From positions 434,001-498,000 of the forward strand of contig CAUYUJ010000314.1 of the NCBI GenBank assembly GCA_963575745.1: a stretch of 64,000 bases of DNA, in the 5' to 3' direction. This DNA comes from Prorocentrum cordatum. Its lineage: Eukaryota. Positions 1 to 11,038 of the stretch are shown here, in pieces. A program made the position numbers and the translations under genes. The notes under the pieces were generated by a model that worked only from the letters and a program-made list of their open reading frames with translations, was not told the DNA's origin and searched no databases. Numbering within the stretch: the stretch's first letter is position 1; every line of letters starts with the position of its first letter.

Positions 1-249
1 GCCCCTTCACGCAGCACCCAGCGAAGCCTCGGCCAGGAGCCTGGCTTCCCCACCAAGCCAGCCTCCTCCAGCCGACCCTCCAATCAGATCGACCAGGCAC
101 CAGCCCAGAGCCAGATTCCCCTCTCGCCTCCCCCCTTCGGCCGCATAGGGATAAGAAGACGCTCGAGATGGTGGACACATGTGCGACAGCGTTATGAATG
201 GTGAAGAAAGCAATATCAAATTGCCTGGGCCCTCATACGGGCTCTATGG

Positions 250-397
250 CTAGGAGGCGGAGAAGGGGGAGGAGGAGAAGGGAGAAGGAGGAGGAGCAGG
301 AGCAGGAGGAGGAGGAGAGGGAGGAGGAGGAGGCGGAGGCGGAGGAGGAGGAGGAGGAGGAGGAGGAGGAGGAGGAGGAGGAGGAGGAGGAGGAGAA
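250..397. repeat. (GAG)n microsatellite
   Basis: Near-pure GGA/GAG run; accounts for the poly-E/R/P/L/S ORFs. Confidence 0.95.
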
Positions 398-1989
398 GCG
401 GCCGAGACACACCCACAATCGTGAGAAGACTTTCGACGGGTTGCCGCGCGCTGGTTGGCGCACACCGCGCACGAAGGGGGACAGCCTTCGGCCAGGGATA
501 TCGTCGTTCTTCCGGCGTGCCCCGCCTACAGCCACCGCCGCTCGCGCCACGGCCACCCGCGCGACTTGGGCGACAGCGCCGAGTGCAGTAGGGACAGCGT
601 CCGAGTGCAGTAGGGACAGCGTCGCGCACTCCCAGGATATATCCACAGGAACATGAGCCTGCAGACGGGTCCCGCTGCCGCTTCGCCACCTGCCTGTCCG
701 GCCGGCACCTGTACGTGCAGATACGCCCGCCGACCACTTCGGCGACGACGTCCTTCATGGCGAACCCAAGGCCGACGTGGCACAAGAGGCCACTCATCCC
801 AACCAGCGCGAGGGCGTTGTCAGCTTGCGGGGAGATCCGCCCGCCTTCGTCCCGTCCCTCGATCTGCCGATCCTGCCGCCCTACCTTCCCGCCGCTGGGC
901 CCCGGACGCGCTGGGAGCCCTGGACAGGTGGGCCCTGGTCACGCTGGGAGCCCCGGACACGCAGGGAGCCACGTGCACGCTGGAAGCCCCAGACGCGCTG
1001 AGAGACTTCCACCACGGCACCCTATGAGGGCAGCGGCGAAGGCGGAGCCCCCGCATTCGCCACCGCCCTGCCGTTGAGGGCCATGCGTGCACACCACCGA
1101 TGCCGAAGCCAGCGACGGCGCCAGCGACTACACCCCCAACCCGGAGGAGGTGGCGGCGGCTGTCGGTCACGTCGGGTCGGAGGTGGAGGCCCTTGTTGTC
1201 GAGGAGCGCGGGGGGGACGAGGAGGTGGAGGCGGGTCATGGTGGCTGCCTGGACGGTTCTCCCTTACAGCCCTGGCAGATCTTCCACCGAGACTTGGAAG
1301 AGCGACTCGAAGATTCAAATGGCGAGGGCGGACGGCGCGCCACCATCCATCCTTAGACTCCATTCGGTGGTGGGGATGGGTGGTGGGGACGGGCACGCGC
1401 GGGGGAGGAGGGGAGCTCACGCCACAGGCTGCCGCTGCAGGGCCAGGGTGGCCGTGCGCCCAGGACTCTCGAGCCCACATTCGTCATGCAGAATTCCTCA
1501 CAAGCTTTGGGACCCCCCCCGCCCGCCAGGCATCGCAAGCGGCAGCGCTCAGCTTGGGGTATCCCTCCTGCGTCCCTTAACATTTTGGGTCCTGGCTCCC
1601 CCAGGCGTTCTGAATACCCCGCTGTGTCCCGTCGCCTGCTTCCTGCGCCGCACTGCACTCTCTGTGCAGACGGCCTCGCCCGCTTTTTACCGCCCGATGC
1701 CGCCAGCTTTGCTCGCCAGCTCACGGACCCTCACCCGCGGCAGCCTGCACTTTTGGCAATGCGGGGCTCGACGGTGCTACACCGGAGACGAACCAGCAAG
1801 AAGCGCAGAGATGGACCCCATGCGCAGTGGTCCTGTACCGTGCTTGCACTGGCGTTGGGCTCCGTGGAGGCCGCTGGGGCCGAACCGCCGAACCCCAAGA
1901 GGAGGCGACCGCGCAGCCGGCCGTCACTCCAACCTGCGCCCAGACTGACCTCTCCCCCCTCCGCATCACTGCGCCACATTCCTCGTTAG

Positions 1990-2150
1990 TCCGGAGGGAA
2001 AAGACACACAGGCACAATTAATCGTCGATTCCCCAGAGAATATGGGAAAATATGGGAAGTGGGGTGGAAGACAACACCCCAGAAAATATGGGAAAACATG
2101 GGGGATCCTGTTATATTTGTGTGTCTTTCTTTGTGTGTCCCAGGCCCCCC
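1990..2150 (+). repeat. ~160-bp dispersed repeat, copy 1 (copy 2 at ~39280-39440)
   Basis: acacacag..aatcgtcgat.ccc..gaa.atatgggaaaatatgggaagtgggg..gaagacaaca..ccagaaaatatgggaaaa..tggg is present at both loci in the same orientation. Confidence 0.85.
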
Positions 2151-2273
2151 TTCAGTTATCTCTCGCCCCTCGGGTCGCCGCCGCCGCGGCCGTCCCCCGA
2201 GGGCCCCCCCATCGCCCCCCTCGCTCGCCCGCGCCGCCGATCGATAGGAGTCGGCACCGGGGCCGGGGGGTGC

Positions 2274-2581
2274 GCGTGCCGCCGTCGACCCACGGATGGG
2301 CCGGGAGAGAGACTGCGTTGGGGCCCGCTCAAGACAGTCACCGGAAACGCTCCGGGGGACTGTTTTGGGGCGGGCGTTTGTTTCAGGCGACAGGTCCTCT
2401 GGTTCGCAGACGGCGCACCTGCCTGGCTGTCCAGCGTGCCGCCGTCCACCCACGGATGGGCCGGGAGAGAGACTGCTTTGGGGCCCGCTCAAAATAGTCA
2501 CCAATGTTTCGGGGCGGGCTTTTTTTTTTTTTTGTAAGGCGACAGGTCCTCTGGTTCGCAGACGACGCACCTGCCCAGCTG
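2274..2581 (+). repeat. Tandem duplication of a ~150-160-bp unit
   Basis: gcgtgccgccgtc.acccacggatgggccgggagagagactgc...aggcgacaggtcctctggttcgcagacg.cgcacctgcc occurs at ~2274 and ~2434. Confidence 0.9.
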
Positions 2582-3043
2582 CCTGTTCACTGGGCAACTA
2601 CCTTCGCTTACGCAGGAGGAGGCGGTTTTGTGCACGGGGTCGTCGGTGGAGTCGGTTTACGGGTCGGAGCTTGGGGGTGGGAATGGTGGCGACGAGATCT
2701 CAACCATATTGGTCGGCAGCAGCCGTGTCGGCGCGACCCGGCCAGCGAATAATGCAACATGATGCCCATTCGACATTCATAGCGAGCGTCGCAGCTCCGC
2801 AATTTCCAGTGTCAACGGCAATCCTGCCAGAGCCAGCGTGCCACCAGATAAGTCCCACCACACGAGCTTAGCCTTTGCTTGTTGCTGCCACCCCCCCCGC
2901 CCGCCCACATCAGTAACCCAGCGGTTCCCTGACGGATCATTTTCAACCACGGCCACGCTCTGAGAGCACGCCACCGCTGCCGGCCCAGCAACCTCCGGTT
3001 CGCCAGCGAGCTCGCCACCGCCGGCCACCGCATTCAGCCATTC

Positions 3044-3093
3044 CTTCTTGTTGTGTTTCTTTCTTTCTTCCTTTCTTTCTTTCTTTCTTTATT

Positions 3094-3126
<33 letters not shown>

Positions 3127-3129
3127 TTC

Positions 3130-3160
<31 letters not shown>

Positions 3161-3203
3161 TTTCTCTCTCTGTCTCTCTTTGTCTCTCCCTCTCTCTCTC
3201 TCT
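3044..3203. repeat. (CTTT)n/(CT)n microsatellite
   Basis: Direct reading. Confidence 0.95.
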
Positions 3204-3539
3204 TCGCGTTCCTCCCCTGCCTCCTCTTCCTGCCTCCACCCCCTCCGCCTGCGCCCGTGGCGCCGGCGAGCCATCCTGCGGGTGGCCAGGACAACGGGGG
3301 TGGGTGGCTGGGACACGGGGTGTGCGGTCGGACAGGGCGGCAGTGGACCGAGAGCTCACAGCCGCCGCAAGCCGTCCCCGCCTCCAGGGGCCGCACGGGC
3401 CCGCTTCCCCCCTCTGGAGAGCCTCTCTTTCTCCTTTTTGCTCAACAGCTGCCCTGTGGTTTGAGCCCCTTCCCGGGGGCGACCGCCCCTGGGACGGGGC
3501 ACGTGGCAGCATCCGAGGGATGCTCGTGCCATCGGGAAT

Positions 3540-3962
3540 CAGGAGGAGGAGGAGGAGGAGCAGGAGGAGGAGGAGGAGGAGGAGGAGGAGGAGGAAGAAG
3601 GAAACGGAGGAGGACGAGGAAAAGGAGGAGGAAGAAAACACGAGGAGGAGGAGGAGGAGGAGGAGGAGGAGGAGGAGGAGGAGGAGGAGGAGGAGGAGTA
3701 AGAAAGCACGAGGAGGAAGGAGGGTTCTTTCCTCTTTTGCGCCCTGGTCCCCGTCCCCGTCCGTGCCGGGCGCCCGCGGGGAGCCGTGCGCCGAGGCGCG
3801 CCGAAAACACCGGCCGGCCCGCTGCGCCGCAGGTGCTCTTCCACCTGACGCCCGACGCGGAGGCGCGAGGGTCGACCAGGGGGCGAGGAGGAGGGGGAGG
3901 AGGAGGAGGAGGAGGAGGAGGACGAGGAGGACGAGGAGGAGGAGGACGAGGAGGACGAGGTG
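3540..3962. repeat. (GAG)n microsatellite blocks
   Basis: Runs at ~3540-3700 and ~3885-3962. Confidence 0.9.
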
Positions 3963-4006
3963 AGGAAGGCGACGTAAGAGTGACCTCTCGCCAGAGTCAC
4001 CTTTGG

Positions 4007-4205
4007 TAGGTGAACAAAAAGTGACATAAACATAAAAACTCGGAGGCCCGCGCGGATTTCTCGGATCAGCGCTGGGGCCCCCCGGCGGCGCCTCTGGCGC
4101 CGCCCCAGGCGCGCTCCGCGCGCCAGGGAGGGGGGTCCAGCGCCGATCCGAGAAATCCGCGCGGACCTCCGAGTTTTTATGTTTATGCCACTTTTTGTTC
4201 CCCTA
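4007..4205. mobile_element. MITE family A (TAGGGGAACAAAA...TTTTGTTCCCCTA), full copy
   Basis: ~65-bp imperfect TIRs (taggtgaacaaaaagtgacataaacataaaaactcggagg.ccgcgcggatttctcggatc and its reverse complement at ~4145-4205), GC-rich core, non-coding, several other copies in the window. Confidence 0.9.
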
Positions 4206-4439
4206 TTGGTGCGGGCCCAGTGGTCCCCCGATCGCCGGACGCGACGGTGCAGCAGCAGCAGCGGCCTGCGCGCCCAGGCTTGGCCACCCCGCGCCCCCGG
4301 TAGCCCGCGCACCAAGGGTCACACGCTTGCCTGGGGTCACCCCTGCGTGTAGCCGAGAGGGGGAGGAGAGAAGCCCAAGACGGCACCTGCGCGAATCGTG
4401 ATGTCAGCGTCCAGGCCGCCGGGCGGCCGCCGCCCGGAA

Positions 4440-4614
4440 AGAGTCCGAGCGGATGGGATCGGAGCATCGCGCCGCATTGGCGATGCAGCGGCGATGCAGC
4501 TCGATGTGGAGCCCCATTTTCTCCACCCCGACGTCGCCGATGCCGACGCCGCCGATGCATCGCGGATGCATCGGCGATGCGGCGCGACCCTCCGACCCCA
4601 TCTGCCCGGACTCT
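4440..4614. mobile_element. Small foldback/MITE-like element (family B)
   Basis: agagtccgagcggatgggatcggagcatcgcgccgcat... is the imperfect reverse complement of ...atgcggcgcgaccctccgaccccatctgcccggactct (~50-bp arms). Confidence 0.7.
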
Positions 4615-4844
4615 ATCTAGGAGGCCTCTATTATTACCGGCACCCTCCCCGCCGCCTCTTCCCCCACCTGGGGGCGAGGAGGCCACCGCGGGGCCCGATG
4701 CGCGAAGTTCGGCCACATGTAAGAGTGACCTCTCGCCGGAGTGACCTTTGGTGCGGGCACAATGGGACCCCCAGATGGTTGACAGCGATACGATAGCAGC
4801 GCTCTGTGCGCTCGGGTTTGGCCACCCCGCGGCCCCCAGAAGTC

Positions 4845-5132
4845 GCGCGGAGCGCGCTGGGGGCGGCGCCGGAGGCGCCGCCGGGGGGCCCCAGCGCGCA
4901 TCCGAGAAATCCGCGCGGACCTCCCAGCTTTTTGTTTATGTCCCTTTTCCCGAGCATTTTCTTTGGGTGGAGGGCAAAGGGTGAAATCTGAAATGCCGTT
5001 TCGACGGATGTTCGAGGCTTGAATCTGAAAAAGGTGAATGACAAGACGGATTGATTTTCGAGGTGCAAAAGCCCATATGGATTTCACCCTGAGCCCTCCA
5101 CCCTAAGAAAATGCTCAGTTTTCGTTCCCCTA
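4845..5132. mobile_element. MITE family A, truncated copy whose right TIR is interrupted by MITE C
   Basis: Core plus atccgagaaatccgcgcggacctcc...tgtttatg at ~4900-4945; the terminal ttttcgttcccta resumes at ~5119-5132. Confidence 0.75.
4952..5116. mobile_element. MITE family C (GAGCATTTTC...GAAAATGCTC)
   Basis: ~37-bp TIRs gagcattttctttgggtggagggcaaagggtgaaatc / gatttcaccctgagccctccaccctaagaaaatgctc. Confidence 0.8.
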
Positions 5133-6273
5133 AATGTGATCGTGGGCGGCGTCTCGGTGCCCTCTCGGCGTGTCCTCTCCAATCGGAGCCCGACCGTGCA
5201 GCCACTGCTCGGGCAGGCGCCCAACCCCTGCCCGGGCCCGGGCTGCCCCCGGGCTCCGCGAGAGGCGCGCTCCGCGCGCGGGGCCCCGCCCCCCCTGTCC
5301 GTCCGCCACAAATTGATCTTCTATAAATTGCACTTCTGACATCTCAAGAGTTGACCTTACATGAGCAAGGCTAATTCGATCGAATTGCATTTGCAAGCTA
5401 AAACTTGCACTTCCGCCAACATAACGACTGATTTTAAACTTACTGGAGTGAGGGGCCGAACGGTCTTAGACTGTCCCTGCGTGCGCGGCTGAGACAGGGT
5501 TCTGCTGTATCGGGGGTGCCTCGTTTTATTGGCCGCATGTTTAAGAGTGGCTCGTTTCCACGGTTAAACATGCATGCAATAAAACGAGACACCCAAAAAA
5601 CATTCCCCGAGCATCCAACACGGTCTAAACCCAAGAGAACGTTTATTCTTGACAGAACAAGAGATCCATCCAAGAATAGGAGAACGGCTTCTCTTGTATT
5701 ACCAGAGTGGCCAAAATGGCAACGGCGGAAAAAGGTGTAGGAGGACGACGACAACAGCGACGACGACATATAATCAGGAGAGGAAGAGGAAGACCCAGGC
5801 CTTCCGATCCACTCGTCTGTTTCGGCTCGTTCTTTCCTCATCCCGACGGTGTGGATATTGCTGCTTCACGCGTAGAGCATGCGAGTCACATCTTGGCCAT
5901 GCCCCCATGCCTCGCATATCAGCGCGAGGGGGCCGAACGGTCTTACGCGGTCCATGAGCGCGCCTGCAATGGGCTTCTGCGGCCCCAAAGTTCTGATATC
6001 GTTACCGTTGTTATTGCTGTTCGTCTCCATCGCCCCGCGACCCACCCGCGGACCCGCCCGCCTGCACATTTCCCCCCCAAAGGGTCCCCAACAGAAAAAA
6101 ACGAACAAAACTCATCGACCCGTCACGCGACCCACCTGCGACCCGTCGCGCGCGGCAGAATGGGGGCTTTTGAATCATCTCAGAAGATGGCCACACGATT
6201 TGGGGGACGAGGAATAGCAAGGGCTTGCTGCGAGAGCGACTGCTCCTGTAATTAATCCCCAGACTTTATACCA

Positions 6274-7195
6274 CCCGTTTTCGCCCACTTGATCGCCGCC
6301 CACATCATCGCGCGGAGGGGTGGGGGGTTCTCAGGGGCATCTCGATCTTCGCTCGCGTCGTGGGGAAAAGCACGGAAGTCAGAGGTAAAGTTTTCGACCC
6401 CATAGTTTGACCTCTGACTTTTTCGGCGGAGGGGGGCCCCTGCAGGCAAGGCCCACCTACCCATGGGTAGTTCCTCTCGCTCCCGTTCCTCCTCCGTTCC
6501 TCCTCCCCCTCCTCCTCCTCCTCCCATTTTCGCAGTCGCCCTCCTCATCACCTCTTTCCCAATTCGTGTTCGTCCTGGTCAGCCTCCGCCCCAACTCCTC
6601 GCCCTCCTCACTCAATTCCCCGTTGGCCCAACTACTTATTTAAATAAGTAGTTGACTCAACTACTCATTTCTCAAGAAATGAGTAGTCCAGCGTTTGGGC
6701 GAGCAATGTGACACCACATATGAGGAGTAAAACGCGTCTCAAATCCAACCTCCTTGTTGCACCATGCCGAGCACTCCATGCCCCTGGACCCCTTTTTGCA
6801 ATGCAGGGAGCAGCAGAACACGGGTGGCGCTGCATATGAGGAATAAAACGCGTCTCAAATGCAGCCTCCTCGGCATGGTGCAACAATGAGGTTGCATTTG
6901 AGACGCGTTTTATTCCTCATATGCAGTGCCACCCGTGTTCTGCTGCTCCCTGCTTTGCAAAAGGGGTCCAGGGGCATGGAGTGCTCGGTATGGTGCAACA
7001 AGGAGGTTGCATTTGAGACGCGTTTTGTTCCTCATATGTTGTGTCACATTGGGCGAGCGTCGTCGCCGGAATCACTCATCCCGCGATGTCGCCCAAGACA
7101 GTTATGTTTTGAGTATGGTTTCCTTTTCTGGGGCGTCTCGCAAAAAATAAGGTGTCTCGTTTTCTTGGTCTCATATTTAAGGGCGTGAGCCGCTT
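6274..7195 (+). repeat. Left long terminal inverted repeat
   Basis: Reverse complement of ~15440-16383. Only scattered mismatches from ~6354 to 7186; near-identical mirror ORFs appear in the track (6665..6886- vs 15764..15985+, 6463..6651+ vs 15999..16184-). Confidence 0.95.
6705..7050. mobile_element. 346-bp foldback with 8-bp flanking direct repeat GGGCGAGC, inside the left TIR
   Basis: ~164-bp arms aatgtgaca...gcagcctc / gaggttgc...tgtcacatt with a 19-nt loop; GGGCGAGC at 6697-6704 and 7051-7058. Confidence 0.8.
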
Positions 7196-8624
7196 CGGTT
7201 TGGTGGTAGCACAGTTTTATGCTAGGGGTGCGCGCTTCGTTTTTGCTCTACCTGGGTACTTCTATGTTGTAGCTTGTAATATTCCAATATTCCCAGGCTG
7301 GCTTGTTAATGTCTTCACACGCCACTTGCCCGTTGGGACTGCGGTAGATTGGGGAGGGGTTTTGCCGAAAGGGTGTTTTGATTTCCGGAGGCAGTGGGAC
7401 TGACCCTGTCTCGCCCTTGAGGCCCTCCCGGAGATTGATCCGGGAGGCGGGAATCAACCCACTTTTTCTGCAGAATATGGAGGAGGAGGAGCAGCATGAT
7501 GATGAGGGGTATTGTGAGGAGTGACAAGGAAAGGTCGGGGAGGGGGGAGTTCGCACAACATTCTGGACAAATTCCCAGTAATGATTTGGTTTTATCAGTT
7601 TCGCAGATTCTTCTTTTTTTTTGAAGCAGGAAACGCTCGCAAATTTTCAAAAATGTGTTTTTGAGGCGTCTGCACATTGACGCCGCGAAACCACTTGTCA
7701 CGCCCATGGGTTTAAGGTATCCGCTTCGCTTTGCGAGGCTGTTAGTTTTACCAGGCCTTGACTGGTGGAAACGTAAGCGCGCTCACGACGCACGGGCGGC
7801 ACGCCGCGGGCACACCACCAGCGCACCAAGCACACAAACGCACAGACACACACGCACACGCGGAGACATGCACGCGATTTGTACGAAGGGTCTGTGTGTT
7901 TTCCGTGTGCTGGTGGGGCGTATTCGGCAGACGAGGTTGGAGGAAAAACTTGTGATCTTCTTAAGCAAGAAACGCAAGTTTTCCTCCTCCACAGCGCTGG
8001 AGTGGCGTTGCGTGCCCGCGGCGCGCCAATGTGCCTGGCGTATTGGTTTGCCTGGAATGCTTGGGTATGCTTGGGTGTGCGTGATATGCCTGGTGTGCCC
8101 GGTGGTGTGCCCTGGTGTGCTTGGTGTTCCCTGGTGTGCACTGGTGTGCCTGGTGTGAATGGTGTGCTTGGAGCGCCTGGTGCGCCTGGTGGGCGAAAGG
8201 GGTGAGGATGAACGCAATAATGTAATCTTACATTTTTGATTTTCTCTGCGGTTCGAGGGAGGAGGAGTAAGGATGAGGGAAGCAACAGGAGAGGGAGAAA
8301 TTGGCAGGAGGCAACGAGGAGCGATGCGTGGAACTAGCGACAAGAGTTAAGGGGGGAGTACAAACACAACAATGTATCTTTACAGTATTGCTTTTCTTTG
8401 CGGCTTACTGTGACTTTCCGGATTGAGTTAACTCAGTAATTTAATTGCACGGTGATCTTGTGTTTCAGTATTTGAACAACCCAGTAAGTCAACGATGCAG
8501 TAATGCAGTGAGGCAGTGATTCGTCCATCAAGGAATCCACTAGACCTCCGACCAATTCAACCTCCGACGAATTAAGTAATTCATTTACTGGATTGGTCAA
8601 CCCATCCAAGACAAGTGGCAAGGC

Positions 8625-8663
8625 AACCTTCAACTTGAACCTTCAACTTGAACCTTCAACTTG
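8625..8663 (+). repeat. 3 x 13-bp perfect tandem repeat AACCTTCAACTTG
   Basis: Direct reading; closes an AT-richer segment at ~8340-8625. Confidence 0.9.
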
Positions 8664-9515
8664 ACCCCCCGTGCGGGCTCACATGTTGTATTAAGTTGCT
8701 ATTGGGCCCCTGAGAGTGCACCACACAGACACTAGGGACATCCGCTGTCTGCGTTCCTTCCTTCTTCCCATGCTTTCGTTTTCGCCGAAACCTTGACGAG
8801 TAGCAGTAAGGGTGAGTGAGGATGACGAGGAGGAGGAGGAGGAGGAGGGAGAGAGCAAGAGTAGGGAAGAAGATGGTGAGGGACAGCTCCGAGATGGCCT
8901 CCAATCACAGGCAAGAGCGAGAACGTAAGTTTACATTCTTGCTTTCCTCATTCCTTCCACCCACCTGTCCCCTCCCCCACGCCTCCGTCTTCCCTTCCCT
9001 CCTCCGTGCTTCTCATGCCTGCTCATGCTCCTTCCACCTACTCCAAACTTCAACTACTCCCCTCCTCCCCCCTCCAACCGTAAAGAGAAGCAAGACTGCA
9101 CATGTACATTACTTCTTTTTTGCTACTTCGTTCGACCCCCCCATCTTGGGCTCAAAGTGGCCATCTTCTTGGTACCACCACTTGGGCAATATTGCGCCAT
9201 CTTGGCGGCCATCTAGAACAGGAGCGGTCTTGAAGTCATTTTGGCATATAGTGGTGTGGTGCAGAGGCTACTCCCATGGGAAGCATGTAGTATGCCCTGG
9301 AAGCCCGCTTCCCTATACTGTTTCAGTGGGTCGTGGCCTTGCGAGCGCGGAAGTATTTGTTTCTAGGAAGGATCGCGGCCTCGGGAGCGCGGGTCCATAG
9401 TATTTCTTGTGTGCCACATGGCTCCACGAGGGGGGGGGGGGCGTTCGGGCGAAACTCTTGTACGGGATTCGGCACATATGATGATGATGATGCTGTTGCT
9501 GATGATGCTGCGTAT

Positions 9516-9538
9516 ACCGCATGCCATTTTGGGCTCAA
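9516..9538 (+). other. Degenerate DinoSL-like relict upstream of gene A
   Basis: accgcatgccattttgggctcaa vs DCCGTAGCCATTTTGGCTCAAG; ~50 nt upstream of ATG 9588. Confidence 0.5.
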
Positions 9539-9587
9539 AAGGCTGGCTCCATGTTGATTTGATTCCGAACCTTCATAATCACCGGCC

Positions 9588-11038
9588 ATGGGAAGAAGCA
9601 CCCAACAATCTACGTTTACACCCGAACTAGTTCGCGACATTCTGTCAACACATATTCGAGGTTCGGCTGTAAAAAGATGCCAAGAGAATGGCAAGTTGAT
9701 TGACTACAAATTCAAGGCGGTTGGAAGGGGTAGCGACGACGAGGACAAAGAGAAAGAGCTCACAAACGAGACAGACAAAGACTGCCTGCAGAGGCATTGT
9801 GACTTATTGCGGGCAATGTTCAAGTACACAAAGATCTTCAACAAAGACACGCTCGAGGCAGGCGTCAAACTATACAGCAATGAAAAGGTCGGCGGCATTG
9901 TCAAGGACCCCAAGGCAGAGGCATACGCTATCAAACGTATGCAGATTGACATCCAGAGGATCAGAGGGAATTGCAGGACAGGCTCACGTTTGCAGTCCTG
10001 GCTTTCGTCCAAGCCTACGGGGAAGCGCCGACAACGCTCAGTCCATCGCCCTCGCCGCCGCCCGCTGGCCGAACCACCCCAGGCTCAACAGCTAAAGGCT
10101 CGCTCAGCGGATCGAGCATGAAACAGGCCACGAAGTCGTTGATTCGGGAGTGTGATAGCGATTCAGAGGAGGACGACACGGTGGACTGCGACGAGGGCGA
10201 TTGCGCGGTCCTAGGTGCGGTTCGCAAGCATGGCGACGACCACGCGAAAAGCTCCGGACACGGAGCTAAGCAACCACCCCTGCATGCTGACGGCGCCGAC
10301 GATATGGGTGCATCTTTCCAGCCTGTGTTCTACTGGGATCATGCCCAAAGTACCGGTATGGCTACGTTGCAGGACGGGAGCGCACAGAAAGCTGACGCTG
10401 TGTATTGCGACGCACTCTCGGGCATGGTCGCGTGCGAGTTCCTGTTCGACGAGCGGGAGGGCAGCACGAAGTGGGTCACAGAGATCCCGTGGTTGGATTA
10501 TTTGCCACGCTCAGGTTTGCACCTGCGTTGCGTTGGTCTGCGATTGGCGATGGCTGGCCCTAGTGTCCCAGGGCCCCAGGACACATTGGATACCCCCAAA
10601 CACGAGGACTATTGCATTGCCCAAAGAAACGGCCACTCCACACGAAACGGCCCTCGAGGCCACGCGGGCGGGGCCCCGCCAGACCAGGGCAAAATCGCAG
10701 CCTCTTGATTTCGGTGACTAGTGGGAGGGGCGAGTGGGGATGCCAGCCATCGCCATGCGCAGCGCATCAACGCAGTGGCAAACGGGGAAGGTGGCGCAGC
10801 CTCGAGGACTGCAACACTCCGGAGGCCCGCGGCAGCGAGGGCAACAACTCTTCGGAGGCCAGCAGCATCGTCCGTTCTTCGGAGGCCAGCTGCCACCTCG
10901 CGCCAGTGGACGGTCAAGACGATCACGAGGGGCGGCGCGGATCGCAAGAGGGGCCAGACATACAATATATGGACGTCGCCTGGCGGAGTCTCATACAGGT
11001 CGCTGAAGAATGCAGTGGCGAATGGGTTTAGGCCGTAG
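9588..11038 (+). pseudogene. Transposon gene A: unknown N-terminal domain, LRRPAA repeats and C-terminal MBD-like motif; apparent frameshift near 10000; GT-AG intron 10515-10721
   Basis: ORFs 9588-10121 and 9971-10708 read as protein-like in consecutive frames. The phase-1 intron tcag|gtttgc...gactag|tggga joins ...DYLPRS in frame to VGGASG...; the C-terminus is WTVKTITRGGADRKRGQTYNIWTSPGGVSYRSLKNAVANGF. Confidence 0.65.

Noticed and set aside
6252..7188. ORFs duplicated in mirror image at 15266-16419
   Set aside because: A by-product of the TIR and its internal palindrome, not genes.
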